Assembly: GCA_035694865.1 (NCBI GenBank)
Contig: DASSFC010000042.1
Span: 1 to 46,014 of the forward strand
Length of the DNA stretch: 46,014 nucleotides
Direction of reading: 5' to 3'
DNA from: Candidatus Saccharimonadales bacterium
GTDB lineage: Bacteria > Patescibacteriota > Saccharimonadia > Saccharimonadales > UBA10212
The notes beneath the pieces were generated by a model. The model ran no database searches. It was not told the DNA's origin and saw nothing but the letters and a program-made list of their open reading frames with translations. The position numbers and the translations under genes were made by a program. Shown here piece after piece: positions 41,251-46,014 of the stretch (position 1 is the first letter of the stretch; each line of letters opens with the position of its first letter).

Positions 41251-41922
41251 CTGAATATACTTATCGTCTATGCGCATCACGAACCGTCATCTTTTACGGC
41301 GACGATGAAGAACGTGGCTATCCACGGCTTGGAAAGCCAGGGCCATAAGGTTACGGTCAGCGATTTATATGGCCAGGGTTTTAGCGCCGTAGCCCAAAAA
41401 TGGGACTTTGTCACTACCAGCGGTCAGCATTTTAATTACATGCTCGAACAGAAGCACTCGGCCCAGCTCCAAAATTCTTTTTCGCCGGATATCGTCGGTG
41501 AAATAGAAAAACTCCAGGCAGCTGACGCTGTTTTGATTATTTCGCCTTTGTGGTGGTCCAGCGTACCGGCAATTTTAAAAGGTTGGTTCGACCGGGTTTT
41601 GGCTATGGGAGTGGCTTGGGACAGCGGCAAAATATATGAAAACGGACTGCTGCGCGGCAAACAAGCAATGCTGGCAATTGCCGCCGGCCATCCGGCGGAT
41701 TATTACAAAGATAAGGGACGGCATATGATTTCGGCCCAGCAAGTATTGCATCCGATAAACCACGACACGCTGGCGTTTTGCGGCTTTAATGTCCAGGAGC
41801 CATACATAGCCCTGAATATTTTGGGTTTAAAGCAGGATGAGCTAGATAAAGCCCTACGCGAATGGAGCTTTAGGGTCCAGAACTTTATTAACAGCCCGTT
41901 ATGGCTGTCTTTTTACGGCTAG
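41251..41922 (+). CDS. flavodoxin-like-fold NAD(P)H dehydrogenase (quinone)/FMN reductase family protein, probable non-ATG (CTG) start
   Basis: The track ORF starts at the ATG at 41305. The in-frame upstream codons encode LNILIVYAHHEPSSFTAT, the conserved beta1/loop of this family. The frame opens at 41236 and contains no ATG, GTG or TTG. GGGGG lies 5 nt before the CTG at 41251. Confidence 0.6.
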   Translation: MNILIVYAHHEPSSFTATMKNVAIHGLESQGHKVTVSDLYGQGFSAVAQKWDFVTTSGQHFNYMLEQKHSAQLQNSFSPDIVGEIEKLQAADAVLIISPLWWSSVPAILKGWFDRVLAMGVAWDSGKIYENGLLRGKQAMLAIAAGHPADYYKDKGRHMISAQQVLHPINHDTLAFCGFNVQEPYIALNILGLKQDELDKALREWSFRVQNFINSPLWLSFYG

Positions 41923-41944
41923 TTCAAACGACTATACTTTAACT

Positions 41945-42613
41945 ATGGCAAGCATCACCATTTCGTGGCGTCGCTTTATTTTGTCGCTAGGAATTCTTAC
42001 AGCTGCCGACCTGATTTTACTGGGTTTGAGAATCTTAGTAACCGATAGCAGCCGTTACCGTTTTATCCCGGGCAACCTGGCACTAGCCTGGCTGAGCCTA
42101 CTGACTGCCTGGCTATTGGTGCGCTACGTAAAACACCAGGCTTGGCTAAGCTGGCAGGGTATAGGCCTGACAATTTTATGGCTGCTTTTTTTGCCAAACA
42201 CCTGGTACGTATTGACTGATTTTATTCATGTTGTCCCAACCGGCGAAATCAGCCAGCTGTTCGATATTGTCCTGATCTGGCTGCTGGTATTCACGGGTTT
42301 CGTATTGGGCATCGCCAGTTTATTCATAGTGCACCGGCAGCTGCTGGCCAGGCTACGCCTGGCCAGCAGCTGGGCCTTTATAGAAGGAGCTATTATCATC
42401 AGCAGCTTCGCTATCTATCTGGGGCGCGACTTGCGCTGGAACAGCTGGGATATCATCGCCAATCCAGCTGGGTTATTGGTTAACGTTTCTAATCAAGTAG
42501 CCGACCCATTTGGCAGTCCGCGGGCGCTTAATGTCACCGTCCTGTTTTTCATACTTATCAACCTGACCTACGGGGCCTTTTGGCTGTCAGCCCATCAAAC
42601 CAGCCGGGGCTAA
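41945..42613 (+). CDS. DUF1361-like polytopic membrane protein
   Basis: Six predicted TM helices with the motifs LPNTWYVLTDFIHV and YLGRDLRWNSWDI. Confidence 0.6.
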   Translation: MASITISWRRFILSLGILTAADLILLGLRILVTDSSRYRFIPGNLALAWLSLLTAWLLVRYVKHQAWLSWQGIGLTILWLLFLPNTWYVLTDFIHVVPTGEISQLFDIVLIWLLVFTGFVLGIASLFIVHRQLLARLRLASSWAFIEGAIIISSFAIYLGRDLRWNSWDIIANPAGLLVNVSNQVADPFGSPRALNVTVLFFILINLTYGAFWLSAHQTSRG

Positions 42614-42630
42614 ACTGTTATTATTAAAAG

Positions 42631-44268
42631 GTGCAGGAGTTAAAACACGCCGTCCAGGCTGCGGCCAAAAATTTATACGGCGCCGAGATCGAGCCGGAGC
42701 TTAGCCGGCCGGCCGAGCAATTTGGCGATTACGCCACCAACGCTGCCTTGCAGCTGGCCAAAAAAGCCGCCAAATCTCCACCTGAAATAGCCAGGGCGTT
42801 AGCCGAAGACCTCCAAAATCAGCCGGGTATAAAATCAGTTAAAATAGCCGGCCCGGGTTTTATAAACTTCAGGTTAACGGATGAAGCTCTGCAAAATGCC
42901 GCCCTAAACGCAGTCCAGCTGCCCAAACCGCTGAACGGCCAGGAGATATTAGTTGAATTCGGCGACCCCAACCCCTTTAAGGAAATGCATATCGGCCATC
43001 TGTATAGCTATATCGTGGGCGATGCAATTTCCAGCCTGCTAGAATCTAACGGCGCGGCAGTAAAAAGGCTGAGCTACCATGGCGACGTAGGCTTGCATGT
43101 AGCCAAAGCTATCTATGGCCTGCGTTCAATTCAGAACCAGGCAGGTGCGGAAACTATCGAACTGGAAAATTATCTGGGCAAAGCCTATTCTTTGGGCAAC
43201 CAAAAATACGAGGATGAGCCTGCCGCCAAGCGAGAAATCGACCAAATCAATGCCGAAATTTACCAAAAGAACAATCCCGAGATAAATAAACTGCACGAAA
43301 AAGGTAGCCGGATAAGTTTTGAATACTTCGATAAAATACTTGACCTGTTAAGTATTTCTACAGATAGGCGATACCTCGAAAGTGAAGCAATAGAGCCCGG
43401 GCTAAAAGCTGTCAAAGCCAATATTGGCAAAGTTTTCCAGGAAAGCCAGGGTGCGGTAATCTACGACGGCGAAAAAGCCAGCCTGCACACCCGGGTTTTC
43501 ATAACGTCCAAAGGTCTGCCTACCTACGAAACTAAAGATTTAGGCCTGACTCAGCTCAAAGATAAAGATTTTCCAAAAGCTGACCGGTCAATTATCATCA
43601 CGGCGAACGAACAAAGCGATTATTTTAAGGTTATGCTGGCGGCCTTAGCTGATATCAAGCCCGAGACCGCCCGCAGGACAAATCACTTATCCCATGGCTT
43701 TGTCTCATTGAGTACCGGCAAGATGAGCAGCCGCACCGGCCAGGTTTATCCGTCAATGAAGCTACTATTAGATGTTAAAGAAGCAGTCCATAAACTTTAT
43801 CCGGATTCAAAAGTCCGCAAAGAAGTCACTTTTGGCGCGGTCAAATTCGGTTTTCTTAAGCACCGGCTGGGTTCGGACATCGTACTGGACGTCAAAGAAT
43901 CCATCAGCCTTGAGGGACAAAGCGGCCCATATTTGCAGTACGCCTATGCCCGGGCTTGCAGCCTCTTAGAAAAGGCCCAGGATAAAGACCAGGCTGAAAT
44001 AGGTGATTTAGATGAATCTGAGCGAAGTTTAGCCCGCAAACTAAGCGAATATCCGGAAGTAATTGATAAAGCGGTTACCGAGCTGATGCCGCATCACATC
44101 TGTACTTACCTTTATGAACTAGCCCAGAATTTTAATAGTTTTTATGAAAAAAGCCGGATTATAGGTGACCAGCGCGAGGCGGCACGCCTCGCGCTGGTCC
44201 GCGCCTACAAAAACGTTTTGGCCAGCGGCTTGGATATCCTAAATATTGCCGCACCTGAAAAAATGTAG
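42631..44268 (+). CDS. argS: arginine--tRNA ligase
   Basis: 545 aa, GTG start, PNPFKEMHIGHL HIGH region and a C-terminal DALR anticodon-binding-like region. Confidence 0.92.
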   Translation: MQELKHAVQAAAKNLYGAEIEPELSRPAEQFGDYATNAALQLAKKAAKSPPEIARALAEDLQNQPGIKSVKIAGPGFINFRLTDEALQNAALNAVQLPKPLNGQEILVEFGDPNPFKEMHIGHLYSYIVGDAISSLLESNGAAVKRLSYHGDVGLHVAKAIYGLRSIQNQAGAETIELENYLGKAYSLGNQKYEDEPAAKREIDQINAEIYQKNNPEINKLHEKGSRISFEYFDKILDLLSISTDRRYLESEAIEPGLKAVKANIGKVFQESQGAVIYDGEKASLHTRVFITSKGLPTYETKDLGLTQLKDKDFPKADRSIIITANEQSDYFKVMLAALADIKPETARRTNHLSHGFVSLSTGKMSSRTGQVYPSMKLLLDVKEAVHKLYPDSKVRKEVTFGAVKFGFLKHRLGSDIVLDVKESISLEGQSGPYLQYAYARACSLLEKAQDKDQAEIGDLDESERSLARKLSEYPEVIDKAVTELMPHHICTYLYELAQNFNSFYEKSRIIGDQREAARLALVRAYKNVLASGLDILNIAAPEKM

Positions 44269-44326
44269 CTTTTAGACCATAAGCGGAATATAATTCGGTT
44301 TAGGTAAAACTAAAGGAGAACCAAAA

Positions 44327-44602
44327 ATGGTTTTGGTAAAAATGTTAAAAAGACGCGACGCGTCCTCTGTTGTAGTGGCAGTGGCAGTTGCCCTTATAAT
44401 AGTCAACTTCTTAGGTTCGGTTACGACCTACCTGTCCGGCCGATTGGCTGGACTGCATAACGGGCAGTATGGTTCAGCTTATCCCGGTAGCGGCTGGAAA
44501 GGTGAGTACTTATATCCATTCATCCAGGCAGTCTTTGAGTTGATCCTGCTGGAAATCCTCGCTTGGATCTATATTTGGTCTCAGCCTCGCGGTAATAGAT
44601 AA
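44327..44602 (+). CDS. 91-aa two-TM small membrane protein
   Basis: SD AAAGGAG. TM helices VVVAVAVALIIVNFLGSV and FELILLEILAWIYIW. Confidence 0.6.
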   Translation: MVLVKMLKRRDASSVVVAVAVALIIVNFLGSVTTYLSGRLAGLHNGQYGSAYPGSGWKGEYLYPFIQAVFELILLEILAWIYIWSQPRGNR

Positions 44603-44611
44603 TATTACTTA

Positions 44612-45025
44612 GTGGCCAAGCAATACACTGAGGAAGAGTTAAAGAAAAAATTAACGCCCGAGCAATACCGTATTTTGCGCGAAAAGGGCACCGAACTGCC
44701 GTTTACCGGCAAGTATCTGGACCATCACGAAAACGGCATGTATACCTGTGCTGTCTGCGGCCAGCCGCTGTTTTCAAGCGATACAAAGTTCGAATCAGGC
44801 AGCGGCTGGCCAAGCTTTTATGACGTCGCTAAATCCGACGCCGTAAAACTTAGCGAAGACCGTGCCCATGGCATGCACCGCATCGAGGTATCCTGTGCCA
44901 ATTGCGGAAGTCATCTGGGGCATGTTTTTAACGACGCGCCGGACCAGCCAACCGGTATGCGCTTTTGCATCAACTCAGCCTGCTTAATGTTCGAACCAAA
45001 GGAGGCAAAGAAGTCCAAGAAATGA
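44612..45025 (+). CDS. msrB: peptide-methionine (R)-S-oxide reductase
   Basis: [24 protein letters not shown] and [19 protein letters not shown] start. Confidence 0.92.
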   Translation: MAKQYTEEELKKKLTPEQYRILREKGTELPFTGKYLDHHENGMYTCAVCGQPLFSSDTKFESGSGWPSFYDVAKSDAVKLSEDRAHGMHRIEVSCANCGSHLGHVFNDAPDQPTGMRFCINSACLMFEPKEAKKSKK

Positions 45026-45342
45026 CCCATAAACAGGTCGAGGAGTACTTGCTAAGCATGCCAAACACCAAGCTGGATTATCCGTTTGGCGAGAACACCG
45101 CCGTTTATAAAGTAAAAGATAAGATGTTCGCGATTATCCAGCAAAATAAACAGCCGCTGCAAATCAGTCTAAAATGCGACCCGTTATTAGCGGTTCACTT
45201 GCGGGAAAAATACGAATCGGTCATGCCCGGTTATCATCTTAATAAAAAACACTGGAACACGATTGTACTGACAGGTCAGCTGGGCTGGGACGAAATCAAG
45301 GATTTGATTCGCCACAGTTACGATTTGGTCGCTAAGACTTAA
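45022..45342 (+). CDS. MmcQ/YjbR-family protein
   Basis: Start trimmed to the ATG at 45022 (ATGA overlap with the msrB stop). Motifs: [22 protein letters not shown] and [15 protein letters not shown]. Confidence 0.75.
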   Translation: MTHKQVEEYLLSMPNTKLDYPFGENTAVYKVKDKMFAIIQQNKQPLQISLKCDPLLAVHLREKYESVMPGYHLNKKHWNTIVLTGQLGWDEIKDLIRHSYDLVAKT

Positions 45343-45931
45343 GCGGCGAGCTAGATAGGAGCGTGTTTACTCCATCTAATGAGTCTTTGAGGATGGCCTT
45401 ACCATTGGGGCCGGCAGCATTATAGGCCGTTTGGATATCAGAGCGATATTTTGCTAAAGATTGCTGGAGATAAGTTATATACGTCTGATCTAAATTATTA
45501 TTCTGCGAAGCCGACTGCATTTGGGTGTCGGTCGATTTGTCGGTATCGGCGGCCAGCTGGGCTGGGCTGATTTTGGCGTGGTTATTAGACAAATATTGTT
45601 CAAGCTGGGCCTGGTCGCTTGCCAAAACAGTGTTGACTGTGACGGCCAGCGCTTGGGTGGCTGAATCCTGCAGGTTAAGCTGCTGGACTTCCGCGGTTAC
45701 ACGCTGGATTTCGGCGCCGCGGGCCAGCACGCCGGAGATATTGGTGGTACTGCCGCTCGGTTTCCCTAAAACTGAACCCACGATAATTACTAAAATGAGA
45801 CTACAAACTACTGCCAAGCCGATTTTGAGGGGTTTGGTCAGGGCTGGCAGGCCAAGCGTCCGCTTGGCCTGCGGCTGGTTTTTAAGCATAAAATCAAACT
45901 GTGGATCCGGGCTCTGCGGCTGCATATGCAC
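45332..45931 (-). CDS. 199-aa membrane-anchored hypothetical protein
   Basis: One TM helix (IGLAVVCSLILVIIVGSVLG) and a Gln/Ala-rich helical ectodomain. Confidence 0.6.
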   Translation of the reverse strand: MHMQPQSPDPQFDFMLKNQPQAKRTLGLPALTKPLKIGLAVVCSLILVIIVGSVLGKPSGSTTNISGVLARGAEIQRVTAEVQQLNLQDSATQALAVTVNTVLASDQAQLEQYLSNNHAKISPAQLAADTDKSTDTQMQSASQNNNLDQTYITYLQQSLAKYRSDIQTAYNAAGPNGKAILKDSLDGVNTLLSSSPLKS

Positions 45932-45943
45932 AATTGTAACAGG

Positions 45944-46014
45944 CTAGTGCTTACCGTCCCACTCATGATGAAACTCTTCCAAAAAGGACTCCATATAAGC
46001 GTGGCGCCGCTTAG
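45944..46014 (-). CDS. partial CDS (C-terminal 23 codons; upstream part is outside the window)
   Basis: The reverse complement reads ...KRRHAYMESFLEEFHHEWDGKH followed by TAG at 45946-45944. Confidence 0.3.
   Translation of the reverse strand, partial: KRRHAYMESFLEEFHHEWDGKH

Noticed and set aside
1-46014. CRISPR arrays, tandem repeats, IS elements/transposases, and reverse transcriptase/DGR or retron components
   Set aside because: Reading through the window I saw no regularly spaced direct repeats, no transposase-like or RT-like (YxDD) ORF, and no long terminal inverted repeats. Absence is judged by eye only. A repeat finder (CRISPRCasFinder, TRF, ISEScan) should confirm it.

Overview
46 kb chromosomal segment, tightly packed and roughly 50% GC by eye. 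Gene content suggests a small-genome monoderm bacterium, possibly Patescibacteria/Saccharibacteria-like; that placement is inference only. Housekeeping genes are valS, argS, tsaD, murE, groES-groEL (with a CIRCE operator), ndk, msrB, a PGI/PMI-type isomerase, a xerC/D-type recombinase, a MacB-like ABC pair, and three tRNAs with encoded CCA: Arg-CCU, Ser-CGA and Ser-GGA. The dominant accessory feature is a complete secretin-less type IV pilus locus on the minus strand (5100-16814): pilM-pilN-pilO-(88 aa)-pilB-pilT-pilC-pilA-pilD plus four minor pilins. Satellites of this locus are a chimeric long pilin (2196-3365), a 41-aa mini-prepilin (208-333), and an unrecognised 894-aa secreted protein directly upstream of pilM. 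The least explained signal is three short GC-rich compositional islands (about 20145-20810, 24300-25355, 33400-33900). Each is a self-contained minus-strand unit with its own promoter-like element, strong Shine-Dalgarno sites and a hairpin terminator, and each encodes small proteins I cannot assign to any family. The middle island is a four-gene, translationally coupled small-protein operon, and one of its genes is missing from the ORF track. Other points of interest are an 876-aa surface SGNH/GDSL hydrolase, an XRE-HTH::HAD fusion, a leader-peptide/terminator arrangement upstream of 40074, and a flavodoxin-like reductase whose conserved N-terminus lies upstream of its first ATG. All family calls come from motif reading by eye; no database search was possible.
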